The notes under the pieces: model-generated
What the model was told of the DNA's origin: nothing
Database searches by the model: none
Seen by the model: the letters and a program-made list of their open reading frames with translations, nothing else
Translations under genes and position numbers: made by a program
DNA from: an uncultured Bacilli bacterium
GTDB taxonomy: Bacteria; Bacillota_I; Bacilli_A; RF39; UBA660
Assembly (NCBI GenBank): GCA_910576795.1
Contig: CAJTIX010000003.1
Location: 31,026 to 95,025, forward strand
DNA length: 64,000 nt
Direction: 5' to 3'
Part shown: piece after piece, positions 19,650 through 29,879 of the stretch
Layout: every line of letters starts with the position of its first letter
Position numbering within the stretch: the first letter of the stretch is position 1

Positions 19650-21008
19650 ATGGAAGATACAATTGCCGCAATCGCAACCGCCTATGGAACAGGAGCAATA
19701 TCCATTATAAGAGTAAGTGGTGAAGATGCTATTTTAAAAGTAAATGCAATATTTAATGGAAAAGATTTAGAAAATGTAAGTACTCACACCATTCATTATG
19801 GTCATATTGTTGAAAATAATGAACTGATTGATGAAGTATTAGTTAGTGTTATGAAAAAACCAAAAACTTTTACAATGGAAGATGTGGTTGAAATCAATTG
19901 TCATGGCGGAATGGCAACTACAAAAAAAGTATTGGAATTATTATTAAAAAATGGAATTCGATTGGCAGAACCAGGAGAATTTACAAAAAGAGCATTTTTG
20001 AATGGTAGAATTGATCTATTAGAAGCAGAAAGCGTAATGGATGTCATATCTGCTAAAACAGAAAGTACTAGAAAAATCGCATTGAATCAATTAACAGGAA
20101 AGGTTTCTTCCTTGATTCATAACTTAAGAAAAAAAATAATAGAAATACTAGCAAATATAGAAGTAAATATTGATTATCCAGAATATGAAGATATTGAAGA
20201 AATGACAATTGAAATGATGAAACCAAGAATAGATGAAATAGAAAAGGAAATTAGAAATATCTTAAAAGAAAGTGAAAATGGAAAACTATTAAAAGAGGGA
20301 ATTAAAACATCTATAATAGGAAGACCAAATGTTGGAAAAAGTAGTTTATTAAATGCACTACTGGAAGAAGAAAAAGCAATTGTTACAGAAATCGAAGGAA
20401 CAACAAGAGATACAGTAGAAGGAAGTATCGTCATAGATGGAATTCTACTCAATATAATCGATACAGCTGGTATTAGAGCAACAGAGGATCTTGTTGAAAA
20501 AATCGGTGTAGAAAAAAGTAGAAAATTAATAGAAGAGTCTGAACTTATATTATATGTACTCAATCAAAATCAATCTCTGAATAAAGAGGATATCGAAATT
20601 ATCAATCAATTAAAACATAAAAATCATATATTGATTATAAATAAAACAGATTTACAATCCGTAATTGATGTAAGTTCATATGAAAAAGAACATCCTATAG
20701 TATATATGAGTACGCTTAAAAATGAAGGGATAGAAGAACTAAAAGAAAAAATCAAGGAAATTTTTCACTTGAATCAAATAGAAAACCAGGACTTTACTTA
20801 TTTAACGAATGCACGAAGTATTGCAATTCTAAAAAATGTATTGGAAAGTATTGAAGAAATAAAAAATGGGATTGAACAAAACCAACCCATTGATTTATTA
20901 GAAATTGATCTAAAAGAAGTATGGAATTTACTTGGTGAAATTATTGGTGAAACATATCAAGATGAATTAATTGATCAGTTATTTAGTCAATTTTGTCTTG
21001 GAAAATAA
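19650..21008 (+). CDS. mnmE: tRNA modification GTPase MnmE
   Basis: Begins MEDTIAAIATA (typical MnmE N-terminus). G domain GRPNVGKSSL and a C-terminal CLGK motif (FCLGK). Track ORF 19548 is an upstream in-frame extension; ATG at 19650 follows an AAAGGAG RBS. Confidence 0.9.
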   Translation: MEDTIAAIATAYGTGAISIIRVSGEDAILKVNAIFNGKDLENVSTHTIHYGHIVENNELIDEVLVSVMKKPKTFTMEDVVEINCHGGMATTKKVLELLLKNGIRLAEPGEFTKRAFLNGRIDLLEAESVMDVISAKTESTRKIALNQLTGKVSSLIHNLRKKIIEILANIEVNIDYPEYEDIEEMTIEMMKPRIDEIEKEIRNILKESENGKLLKEGIKTSIIGRPNVGKSSLLNALLEEEKAIVTEIEGTTRDTVEGSIVIDGILLNIIDTAGIRATEDLVEKIGVEKSRKLIEESELILYVLNQNQSLNKEDIEIINQLKHKNHILIINKTDLQSVIDVSSYEKEHPIVYMSTLKNEGIEELKEKIKEIFHLNQIENQDFTYLTNARSIAILKNVLESIEEIKNGIEQNQPIDLLEIDLKEVWNLLGEIIGETYQDELIDQLFSQFCLGK

Positions 21009-21069
21009 TAAAAAATTGACAAAATAAAAATATTATGTATAATAGAGAATCAATTAAGGGGGAATACAA

Positions 21070-21252
21070 ATGACCGATATGGAATTCAGAGAAAAACAGA
21101 AAGAGTTTATGGAAAAACAGAGTTTAAAAAATATATTGATTGGATTATATGGATTAGATAGAACAGTAGTAGAAAATTTAATAATAAATAGTAAATCCAA
21201 TCCAGAAGATTCAAATGAAGTAGAAGCTAAAATAGAAAAAGTAAAGAAATAA
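21070..21252 (+). CDS. small hypothetical protein (60 aa) inserted between mnmE and mnmG
   Basis: Strong RBS AAGGGGGA 7 nt before the ATG. Upstream promoter TTGACA (21015-21020) with 16 nt to a TG-TATAAT. Product is hydrophilic and Lys/Glu-rich. Confidence 0.45.
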   Translation: MTDMEFREKQKEFMEKQSLKNILIGLYGLDRTVVENLIINSKSNPEDSNEVEAKIEKVKK

Positions 21253-21366
21253 GAAAGCCTATAATGGTTTTTTTTATGCATTTCATTTGTTTTTAAATAT
21301 ATTTTATAACTTGTTTGATCTATTATTTAATAGTATAATAAAAAAAGCAAAAAAGAGGTGTTATGT

Positions 21367-23247
21367 ATGCAATATGATATTATTGTAGTAGGTGGAGGTC
21401 ATGCTGGTTGTGAAGCTTGTTTAGCTTCTGCTCGTATGGGAAATAATACATTATTAATCACAGGGAATATAAAAAATATAGCGGATATGCCATGTAATCC
21501 ATCAATTGGTGGAAGTGCAAAAGGAATAGTTGTAAGAGAAATTGATGCGCTAGGTGGAGAAATGGGGAAAAATGCCGATAAATCCCAAATTCAAATAAAA
21601 ATGTTAAATTATAAAAAAGGACCAGCCATTCAAGCTTTACGTGCACAAGCAGATAAAATAACTTATCCACAAGAGATGTGGAAAACTATGTGTAATACAC
21701 AAAATTTGACAATTCAAGAAGGTATGGTAGAAGGATTAATTGTGGAAAATGGGAAAATTCTGGGGATAACTTTAGAAGATGGGACAGAAATAAACGCAAA
21801 AGCAGTGATCCTTACAACAGGAACTTATATGAAAGCCGATATTTTAGTTGGAGATACGAGGCATCGAGAAGGTCCTCATGGAGAGAAACCATGTAATTAC
21901 CTTAGTGAAAACTTAGAACAACTAGGATTTCAAATTAAAAGATTAAAAACGGGAACACCTCAAAGAATTGATAAAAATTCAATTGATTTTAGTAAGACAA
22001 AAATAGAATATGGAGATAGTGTATATAGGACATTTAGTTTTGACAATGAACCAAACTATAAAATCGAAAACCAAGTTCCATGTCATCTAATATATACCAA
22101 TGAAAAAACACACCAAATTATAAAAGAAAATTTGAACAAATCGAGTATGTATGGTGGATTAGATGATATCAAAGGAATTGGTCCAAGATATTGTCCTTCA
22201 ATTGAAGATAAAGTAGTTCGCTTTCATGAAAAAGAACGTCATCAATTATTTTTAGAACCAGAAAGTTTATATTATGATGATATATATATTCAAGGATTTT
22301 CTACTAGTATGCCGCATGATATTCAAGAACTTATGGTCCATAGTTTAGAAGGTTTAGAAAATGCAAAAATATTAAAATATGCTTACGCGATTGAATATGA
22401 TGCGATTTACCCTACACAACTCAAACAAACATTAGAAACGAAATTAGTCGAAAATCTATATACAGCAGGACAAATCAATGGAACCAGTGGTTATGAAGAG
22501 GCAGCTTGCCAAGGATTACTTGCAGGAATCAATGCATCGCTCAAAATCAATGGAAAAGAACCACTTATTTTAAAAAGAGATGATGCTTACATTGGTGTCT
22601 TAATTGATGATTTGGTTACAAAAGGAATTAGAGATCCTTATAGATTATTGACATCAAGAGCGGAATATCGGTTATTATTAAGACATGATAATGCCGATTT
22701 AAGATTAAGAGAATATGGATACCAAGTAGGTCTAATTTCAGAAGAACAACACAATCGACTCATCGATAAAAAACAAAAAATTGAAGAATTAAAACAATAC
22801 TTGATGGAACGAAAAATAACACCTACAACAGAAACAAACGAATATTTATCCTCGATTCCAACCGCAATGCTTCAAGATGGAATTACATTATATCAACTAT
22901 TAAAACGACCAGAAATAAAGATGGAACATATCGAACATTTTTATGAAATTCCATATTCAGAAGAAATTAAAGAACAAGTTGTTATATTTATAAAATATGA
23001 AGGATATATTGTAAAAGCACAAAAAGAAGCGGAAAAAATGAAACGATTAGAAGATAAAAAAATACCAGACAATATTGATTATGATAAAATTCCAAATATC
23101 GCATCAGAGGCACGACAAAAATTAAAAGAGGTCAATCCAACGTCAATTGGACAAGCACTCCGCATTAGTGGTGTGAATCCAGCTGATATTTCTATTTTAA
23201 TGGTATATTTAAAAAAGGAGAATAGTCATGTCAATAGAGGAATTTAA
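21367..23247 (+). CDS. mnmG: tRNA uridine 5-carboxymethylaminomethyl modification enzyme MnmG
   Basis: FAD-binding N-terminus YDIIVVGGGHAGCEA. ATG at 21367 is chosen over GTG 21358 on RBS GAGGTG spacing. Confidence 0.9.
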   Translation: MQYDIIVVGGGHAGCEACLASARMGNNTLLITGNIKNIADMPCNPSIGGSAKGIVVREIDALGGEMGKNADKSQIQIKMLNYKKGPAIQALRAQADKITYPQEMWKTMCNTQNLTIQEGMVEGLIVENGKILGITLEDGTEINAKAVILTTGTYMKADILVGDTRHREGPHGEKPCNYLSENLEQLGFQIKRLKTGTPQRIDKNSIDFSKTKIEYGDSVYRTFSFDNEPNYKIENQVPCHLIYTNEKTHQIIKENLNKSSMYGGLDDIKGIGPRYCPSIEDKVVRFHEKERHQLFLEPESLYYDDIYIQGFSTSMPHDIQELMVHSLEGLENAKILKYAYAIEYDAIYPTQLKQTLETKLVENLYTAGQINGTSGYEEAACQGLLAGINASLKINGKEPLILKRDDAYIGVLIDDLVTKGIRDPYRLLTSRAEYRLLLRHDNADLRLREYGYQVGLISEEQHNRLIDKKQKIEELKQYLMERKITPTTETNEYLSSIPTAMLQDGITLYQLLKRPEIKMEHIEHFYEIPYSEEIKEQVVIFIKYEGYIVKAQKEAEKMKRLEDKKIPDNIDYDKIPNIASEARQKLKEVNPTSIGQALRISGVNPADISILMVYLKKENSHVNRGI

Positions 23248-23932
23248 AAAAGAACTAGATCAGTTAGAGATTTCATATACAGACAAACAATTGAATCAAT
23301 TAGAACAATATTATCAATTATTAATGGAATGGAACCAGAAAATCAATTTAACTGCAATTACCAAAAAAGAAGAAGTGTATTTAAAACATTTTTATGATAG
23401 TTTAACATTATCAAAAATTATAAATTTAAAAGAACAAGAAACATTATGCGATATTGGAACAGGAGCAGGTTTCCCTGGAATTGTAATCAAAATATTTTTT
23501 CCACATTTAAAAATTACATTAGTGGATTCACTTCAAAAACGAACAAATTTCTTAAAAAATATAATCTCCTCTCTTCAACTAGAAAAAATTGAAGTTTGTA
23601 ATGCACGTGCAGAGGAATATGCTTTAGAAAATAGAGAAAAGTTTGATATCGTAACAGCACGTGCGGTCGCACATTTACGAATTTTATTAGAGTATGGAGT
23701 TCCGATGGTAAAGGTTCATAAATATTTTGTTGCAATGAAGGGAAATATAAACGATGAGTTAAAAGAAAGTGAAACAACAATAGATCAATTAGATTGTGAA
23801 AAACAGAATGTAATTTCTTTTACCCTCCCCTATGATGCAGGAAATCGGACCTTAATACTATTTCAAAAACAGAAAAAAACAAACCAATTATTTCCCAGAA
23901 AATATAGTGAAATGAAGAAAAAGAGTTTATAA
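23228..23932 (+). CDS. rsmG: 16S rRNA (guanine527-N7)-methyltransferase RsmG
   Basis: 234 aa with a SAM-binding DIGTGAGFPG motif. Conserved mnmG-rsmG-parB order. Confidence 0.9.
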   Translation: MSIEEFKKELDQLEISYTDKQLNQLEQYYQLLMEWNQKINLTAITKKEEVYLKHFYDSLTLSKIINLKEQETLCDIGTGAGFPGIVIKIFFPHLKITLVDSLQKRTNFLKNIISSLQLEKIEVCNARAEEYALENREKFDIVTARAVAHLRILLEYGVPMVKVHKYFVAMKGNINDELKESETTIDQLDCEKQNVISFTLPYDAGNRTLILFQKQKKTNQLFPRKYSEMKKKSL

Positions 23933-23942
23933 ATCTCTTTTT

Positions 23943-23983
23943 TTGCTATATTTCCCAAAAAAAGATTGCTATATTTCCCAAAA
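23943..23983 (+). repeat. tandem direct repeat 2 x TTGCTATATTTCCCAAAA upstream of parB
   Basis: Identical 18-mers at 23943-23960 and 23966-23983, 23 bp centre to centre. A third related copy, TATTTCCCAGAAAATATAGT, lies at 23889-23908 inside the rsmG 3' end. Confidence 0.6.
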
Positions 23984-24027
23984 TATAGTATGATGTTATA
24001 GATAGAATAAGGAAGGGGTATCGTAAT

Positions 24028-25623
24028 ATGGAAATGGAAAAAGAGGTTCTTATTTTAAACTTGGATGATGTGCTACCAAACCGCTTTCAGCCAAGAATTA
24101 AATTCAATGAACAAAGTATATTAGAATTGGCAGATTCCATAAGAGAACATGGTGTTATCCAACCAATTGTTGTTCGAAAAATAGCGGATAAATATGAAAT
24201 TATAGCGGGAGAACGTAGATATAAAGCAAGTATTTTGGCAGGAAAAACAACTATTCCAGCGATTGTGACTAATTTGGATGATAAAAACAGTGCAGAAATT
24301 GCTTTAATTGAGAATGTTCAAAGACAAGATTTGACACCAATTGAAGAGGCAATTTCATACAAAAAAATATTAGACATGGGATATATCAATCAAGCTTCTT
24401 TGGCAGAAAAATTAGGAAAAACACAATCTACGATTGCGAATAAATTAAGATTATTGAATTTAGCGGATGAAGTGCAAGAAGCTTTATTGGAAGAAAAAAT
24501 TTCAGAAAGACATGCACGTTCATTGTTAAAATTGAATAAAGAAGATCAATTGAAAATGTTAGATCGTATTATGAATGAACGTATGACTGTAAGAAAAACG
24601 GATGAGGAAATTATGAAGATATTAAATGGTACAAATGAAGATAATGATTCGTCAGATGCACTGAAAATAGAACCACAAAAAGTGGAGACAATTAATCAAA
24701 ATCCAATCAAATCCAATCAACCATCATTGAATTCTAATATTTCTACCACATCTAATTTAGAAAATAATTTTATTCAAAATAATGCTACATCCGTTCCAAT
24801 ACAAGAAAAGGATAACATCATTAATCCAGGATTTATGGATGTAGAAAAAATAGAATCTCAAGCACAAGATATTTTTAAGCCAGTTGAATCTAATCCACCA
24901 GAAGAAGAACTTATTTTAGAGGTAAAACCAGAAGATAATGGAACAAAAATAGATATGAATTCTTCACAGCAACCATTCATAGAAGAACAAAAAATAATAG
25001 AACCAGAAGAACCCAAGCCATTTGTTGGAAAATTTTTTAACATGGTCAATTTAAATTCTGAGGAAAAGTCAAATCCAGATTATGTAAGTGACTTAGAAGA
25101 AAAGGAAATGAATATGGATTTTAATAAACCTGTGGAATCTCCGAAATCAGATTTTTCATTAGAAACATTTACGACAGAACCAGTTGTACAGTCAGGTGAA
25201 AATACTTCACAAGTAGAAATGAAAAAAGATGATTTAAATTCCAGTCAATTTATAACACAACCGAATTTTGGTAATCCAAATGCAATTCATACACCAATAA
25301 ATTCATCAGATATAGATGTTCTTCAATCAATTAATCCATATACTTTAAATGATGATTCTGAATTTTCAGGACCTATACATTCACAAGTAGAAATGTCAAA
25401 TCCATCTGGAAATTTAATAAATTCTAATATGAATAATGAAATTCAGCCAGTTATGATGAATAATGAGCAAGAAGAAACAATTCCAAATGTAGATATGAAA
25501 ACAGTAATTAATACCATTCGCGATTGCGTAAGCAAGGTAGAATCATATGGATATACTGTAGATGAAGAGGAAATGGATTTGGAAAATACTTATCAAGTAA
25601 CAATTACTATCAATAAACAGTAG
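24028..25623 (+). CDS. parB: ParB/Spo0J-family chromosome partitioning protein with long low-complexity insert
   Basis: N-terminal 190 aa is a ParB N-terminal (CTPase) domain with the GERRYKAS box plus an HTH. Residues ~195-480 are N/S/E/P/Q-rich low-complexity sequence with a repeated SQVEM motif. The last ~50 aa look like a dimerisation tail. Confidence 0.8.
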   Translation: MEMEKEVLILNLDDVLPNRFQPRIKFNEQSILELADSIREHGVIQPIVVRKIADKYEIIAGERRYKASILAGKTTIPAIVTNLDDKNSAEIALIENVQRQDLTPIEEAISYKKILDMGYINQASLAEKLGKTQSTIANKLRLLNLADEVQEALLEEKISERHARSLLKLNKEDQLKMLDRIMNERMTVRKTDEEIMKILNGTNEDNDSSDALKIEPQKVETINQNPIKSNQPSLNSNISTTSNLENNFIQNNATSVPIQEKDNIINPGFMDVEKIESQAQDIFKPVESNPPEEELILEVKPEDNGTKIDMNSSQQPFIEEQKIIEPEEPKPFVGKFFNMVNLNSEEKSNPDYVSDLEEKEMNMDFNKPVESPKSDFSLETFTTEPVVQSGENTSQVEMKKDDLNSSQFITQPNFGNPNAIHTPINSSDIDVLQSINPYTLNDDSEFSGPIHSQVEMSNPSGNLINSNMNNEIQPVMMNNEQEETIPNVDMKTVINTIRDCVSKVESYGYTVDEEEMDLENTYQVTITINKQ

Positions 25624-25624
25624 G

Positions 25625-25651
25625 CAAGCAAAAACTTGTCTATTTTTAGTA
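25625..25651 (+). terminator. putative rho-independent terminator after parB
   Basis: GGCAAGcaaaaaCTTGTC followed by TATTTTT. Confidence 0.4.
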
Positions 25652-25739
25652 TCATATAGAAATTTAAAAATAATGCATAATGATAAAATTTATGCTAAAA
25701 TAGATACTACTTATAAAAGATGAATCTGGAGGTATTTAG

Positions 25740-27719
25740 ATGGAAGAAAATAAAACTTTTAAATTAGTATCAAAATATGAACCAAGTGGAGATCAACCAC
25801 AGGCAATTGAAAAGTTAGTGTCAGGAATACAAAAAGATGAAAAATATCAAGTTTTACTAGGGGCAACAGGAACAGGAAAAACATTTACAATCGCAAATGT
25901 AATTCAAAAAGTCAATAAACCAACGCTTGTTTTAGCTCATAATAAAACACTTGCTGGACAACTCTATTCCGAATTAAAAGAATTATTTCCCGAAAATCAT
26001 GTAGAATATTTTATATCCTATTATGATTATTATCAACCAGAAGCTTATGTTGCCAAAACCGATACTTATATCGAAAAAGATGCCTCTATCAACGATGAAA
26101 TAGATGAGTTAAGACATGCTGCTACTTCTGCTTTGATTACCCATAATGATGTAATTGTTGTTGCGTCTGTTTCTTGTATCTATGGAATTGGAGAAATAGA
26201 AGATTATAAAGACAAAATGTTGACACTCAATGTAGGGGACCAAATCGAACGTGATGAAGTGATGTTGAAATTAGTCAATATGTTTTATGAACGAAATAAT
26301 TTAGAACTAAAAAGAGGTACATTTCGTGTAAGAGGAGATGTATTAGAAATTATGCCAGTAAATCAACATGGTAAAGGAATTCGTATTGAATTTTTTGGAG
26401 ATGAAATTGATAAAATATATGAATATGATACCTTAACAGGAACGATTACATCCAATAAAAAATCGATTAGTTTGTTTGCTGCAAGTCACTTTGTAACAAG
26501 TGAAGAAAAAATCAAAAAAGCAGTGGAAAATATTAGAATCGAACTAAAAGAAAGATTGGAATATTTCAAAGAAAATAACAAACTATTAGAATATCAACGC
26601 CTAATGGAACGAACCAATTATGATTTAGAAATGTTATCTGAGACAGGAACCTGTAGAGGAGTAGAAAATTATTCAAGACATTTGGCATTAAAAGAAGCAG
26701 GTGCCACTCCAACAACACTTATTGACTTTTTTCCAAAAGACTTTCTTCTCGTTGTCGATGAATCCCATGTAACATTACCTCAAGTAAGGGGAATGTATAA
26801 TGGAGACCAAGCAAGAAAACAAGTACTAGTAGATTATGGATTTCGTCTGCCAAGTGCGAAAGACAATCGACCCTTAACATTTGATGAATTTGAAAAAAAG
26901 ATCAATCAAATCATTTGTGTATCTGCTACACCAGGAGATTACGAACTAGAAAAAGCAGAAAATCATATTGCGGAACAAATTATTCGTCCAACAGGATTGC
27001 TTGATCCAACTATTGAAGTAAGACCGACAAATGGTCAAATGGATAATTTATTAGAAGAAATCTATAAACGAGTAGAACAAAATGAACGAGTATTGATTAC
27101 AACATTAACGATTCGAATGGCAGAAGAACTCACTACATATTTAAAAAACTTAGACATTAAAGTTGCCTATTTACATAGTGAAATCAAATCATTAGAACGT
27201 ATGCGTATCATAAGAGATTTACGTTTAGGAAAATATGATGTATTGGTTGGAATTAACTTACTAAGAGAAGGACTCGATATTCCAGAAGTGAGTCTAATCG
27301 CAATTATGGATGCGGATAAACAAGGTTTCTTAAGAAGTGACCGAAGCTTAATTCAAACCATAGGTAGAGCTGCTAGAAATGCAAATGGTCATGTCATCAT
27401 GTATGCAGATCAAGTCAGTGATGCAATGGAAAAAGCAATGAAAGAAACAGAACGTAGAAGAACCATTCAAATGGAATATAACAAAGAACATAATATTGTT
27501 CCAAAAACAATTATCAAAGAAATTAGAGATTTGATTTCCAATAATAAAGAAGTAGAAGAAAAAGTTCCTACTAAAATGAGTAAACAAGAAAAAATGAACC
27601 TAATAGAGCAAATTGAAAAGGAAATGAAGGAAGCAGCTTCCAATCTTCAATTTGAACGTGCAACCGAATTACGTGATATTTTATTTGAATTAAAGGAAGA
27701 AAATGATAAAATAAAATAA
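25740..27719 (+). CDS. uvrB: excinuclease ABC subunit B
   Basis: 659 aa with helicase motifs GATGTGKT and DESH. The C-terminal UVR domain is present. Confidence 0.95.
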   Translation: MEENKTFKLVSKYEPSGDQPQAIEKLVSGIQKDEKYQVLLGATGTGKTFTIANVIQKVNKPTLVLAHNKTLAGQLYSELKELFPENHVEYFISYYDYYQPEAYVAKTDTYIEKDASINDEIDELRHAATSALITHNDVIVVASVSCIYGIGEIEDYKDKMLTLNVGDQIERDEVMLKLVNMFYERNNLELKRGTFRVRGDVLEIMPVNQHGKGIRIEFFGDEIDKIYEYDTLTGTITSNKKSISLFAASHFVTSEEKIKKAVENIRIELKERLEYFKENNKLLEYQRLMERTNYDLEMLSETGTCRGVENYSRHLALKEAGATPTTLIDFFPKDFLLVVDESHVTLPQVRGMYNGDQARKQVLVDYGFRLPSAKDNRPLTFDEFEKKINQIICVSATPGDYELEKAENHIAEQIIRPTGLLDPTIEVRPTNGQMDNLLEEIYKRVEQNERVLITTLTIRMAEELTTYLKNLDIKVAYLHSEIKSLERMRIIRDLRLGKYDVLVGINLLREGLDIPEVSLIAIMDADKQGFLRSDRSLIQTIGRAARNANGHVIMYADQVSDAMEKAMKETERRRTIQMEYNKEHNIVPKTIIKEIRDLISNNKEVEEKVPTKMSKQEKMNLIEQIEKEMKEAASNLQFERATELRDILFELKEENDKIK

Positions 27720-27738
27720 AATAAAAGGAGAAAAATCT

Positions 27739-28173
27739 ATGAAAACAGTTATTATAGAAGAAAATCATAAAAAAAATAAATATGGAAAATATAGTCAATT
27801 TTTTGAATGGATTTTATATATGGTTGGGTATGCTCTTATTTTAATTACTGTATCTATATTATTTCCCAAAACCATTCAAATTGATAATAGTGGTTTTGGA
27901 ATATGGGCTTTATTGGCTGCTATTCTAATTAATTTACTAAATCGGACAATCAAACCAGTATTAATATGGTTGACACTTCCCTTGACAGCTCTTACCTTAG
28001 GTGTATTTTACCCCTTTATTAATGTATTGATTTTATATATTGTAGATGTGATTTTAGGAAGTCATTTTACAATTGGTGGAATTTTGATGACTTGTCTTGT
28101 TGCTATTTTAATTTCTTTAATGAATATGGCAATGGATCACTTGGTCATTCAACCTCTTTTAAGGAAGGAGTAA
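27739..28173 (+). CDS. phage-holin-family-4-like membrane protein (DUF360/YvlD-like)
   Basis: 144 aa with four predicted TM segments. Follows uvrB with its own AAAGGAG RBS. Confidence 0.5.
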   Translation: MKTVIIEENHKKNKYGKYSQFFEWILYMVGYALILITVSILFPKTIQIDNSGFGIWALLAAILINLLNRTIKPVLIWLTLPLTALTLGVFYPFINVLILYIVDVILGSHFTIGGILMTCLVAILISLMNMAMDHLVIQPLLRKE

Positions 28174-28176
28174 TTT

Positions 28177-28977
28177 ATGAATCCAATTATGATTGATTTT
28201 GGTTTTATTCAAATTTATTGGTATTCCTTTTTCCTATTAATTGCTTTCATTATAGGTTGTTATTTAGCTCTAAAGGAAGCTAAAAAAAGAAATATAGATG
28301 AAGATTTTATGATCAATCTTTTCTTTTATACCATTCCCATTGCTTTTATAGGAGCTAGAATCTATTATGTTATATTTAACTTAGATTACTATAGTATAAA
28401 TCCAATTGAGATTATAAAAATATGGGAAGGCGGACTTGCGATCCATGGGGGTGTTCTTGCTGGTTTTCTATTTATTTTGTTTTACTGTAGAAAACATAAA
28501 GTATCCTTATTTCAAATAACAGATATACTAGTTGTCAGTTTGATTTTGGGACAAGCCATTGGTAGATGGGGAAATTTTTTCAATGGGGAAGCCCATGGTG
28601 CAGTAACTACATTAGCACATTTACAAAATTTACATCTACCAAATTTTATCATCAATGGAATGTATATAGATGGCAATTATTATATTCCTACATTTTTATA
28701 TGAATCGATATGGAATATAATAGGATTTATTATTCTATATATTTATCGTAATAGAAAAAATACCCATATAGGTCAAACAACAGGTTTCTATTTATTATGG
28801 TATGGAATTGGTCGATTAATCATAGAAGGAATGCGTACAGATAGTTTAATGTTAGGAAATATTCGCATAGCACAGTTAGTTTCTATCATAACATTAATCA
28901 TAGGTATTATTTTAATCGTTTATCAAAAATATCAAAATCGATACCAAAAGGAGGAAAATAGTGAATCAGACATATGA
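28177..28977 (+). CDS. lgt: prolipoprotein diacylglyceryl transferase
   Basis: 266 aa polytopic membrane protein with the Lgt signature region (GGLAIHGGVLAG) and a conserved Y...G..N block. Confidence 0.85.
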   Translation: MNPIMIDFGFIQIYWYSFFLLIAFIIGCYLALKEAKKRNIDEDFMINLFFYTIPIAFIGARIYYVIFNLDYYSINPIEIIKIWEGGLAIHGGVLAGFLFILFYCRKHKVSLFQITDILVVSLILGQAIGRWGNFFNGEAHGAVTTLAHLQNLHLPNFIINGMYIDGNYYIPTFLYESIWNIIGFIILYIYRNRKNTHIGQTTGFYLLWYGIGRLIIEGMRTDSLMLGNIRIAQLVSIITLIIGIILIVYQKYQNRYQKEENSESDI

Positions 28978-29869
28978 TTGTGTTGTAATTGGTGCAGGAG
29001 TTGCTGGTATGACAGCGGCCATTTATTTGAAACGTGCCAATGTAAATGTATTACTGTTAGAAAGTAGTGTTCCAGGAGGTCAAATCAATCGATCTGCAAA
29101 AGTAGAAAATTATCCTGGTTTCTTAGAAATTGATGGACCAACATTAGCTATGAAAATATATGAACAGATTCAAAATTTAAAAATTGAATATCGTTATGGA
29201 GAAGTAATAGATATCATAAATCAAGAAAATGAAAAAATTGTAAAAACAGATAAAGAAGAATTGCAATGTAAAGGTGTTATTATCGCAACGGGTCGTGTTC
29301 CAAAAGAATTAGGATTGGAACAAGAGACAGAACTGGTTGGTCATGGAATTAGTTGGTGTGCCATTTGTGATGGACCCTTTTTTAAAGGAAAAGATGTATG
29401 TGTAGTAGGTGGTGGAAATAGTGCCTTTGAGGAAAGCTTATATTTGTCAGAAATATGTAATCATGTCACCATCATCAATCGAAGTGAAAAATTAAGAGCC
29501 GATTCTATATTAGTAGAAGAAGTAAAAACAAAAGAAAACATTCAAATTTTATATAATAGTGTTGTAAATACAATCAATGAAAAAGATGGATATTTATCTT
29601 CCATATTAATAGAACAAGAAGGAAATATCAAAGAAATTGAATGTGATGGATTGTTTATTTATATTGGATCTAAACCAAATACCCATTTTGCCCGAAATCT
29701 AAATGTCAAAATGCAAGATGATTATATGATAGTTGACTCTAATATGCGTACTAATATAAAAGGAATTTATGCTTGTGGAGATGTCATATATAAAGATGTA
29801 TATCAAATTTCAACCGCCATTGGCGAAGGTGCGATAGCTGCAATGAGTTTCAAAAAAGATACAGAATAG
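28961..29869 (+). CDS. trxB: thioredoxin-disulfide reductase
   Basis: FAD motif GAGVAGMTAA, redox-active CAIC and NADPH motif GGGNSA. GTG start after an AAAGGAGG RBS. Confidence 0.85.
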   Translation: MNQTYDCVVIGAGVAGMTAAIYLKRANVNVLLLESSVPGGQINRSAKVENYPGFLEIDGPTLAMKIYEQIQNLKIEYRYGEVIDIINQENEKIVKTDKEELQCKGVIIATGRVPKELGLEQETELVGHGISWCAICDGPFFKGKDVCVVGGGNSAFEESLYLSEICNHVTIINRSEKLRADSILVEEVKTKENIQILYNSVVNTINEKDGYLSSILIEQEGNIKEIECDGLFIYIGSKPNTHFARNLNVKMQDDYMIVDSNMRTNIKGIYACGDVIYKDVYQISTAIGEGAIAAMSFKKDTE

Positions 29870-29879
29870 AAGGTGAATT

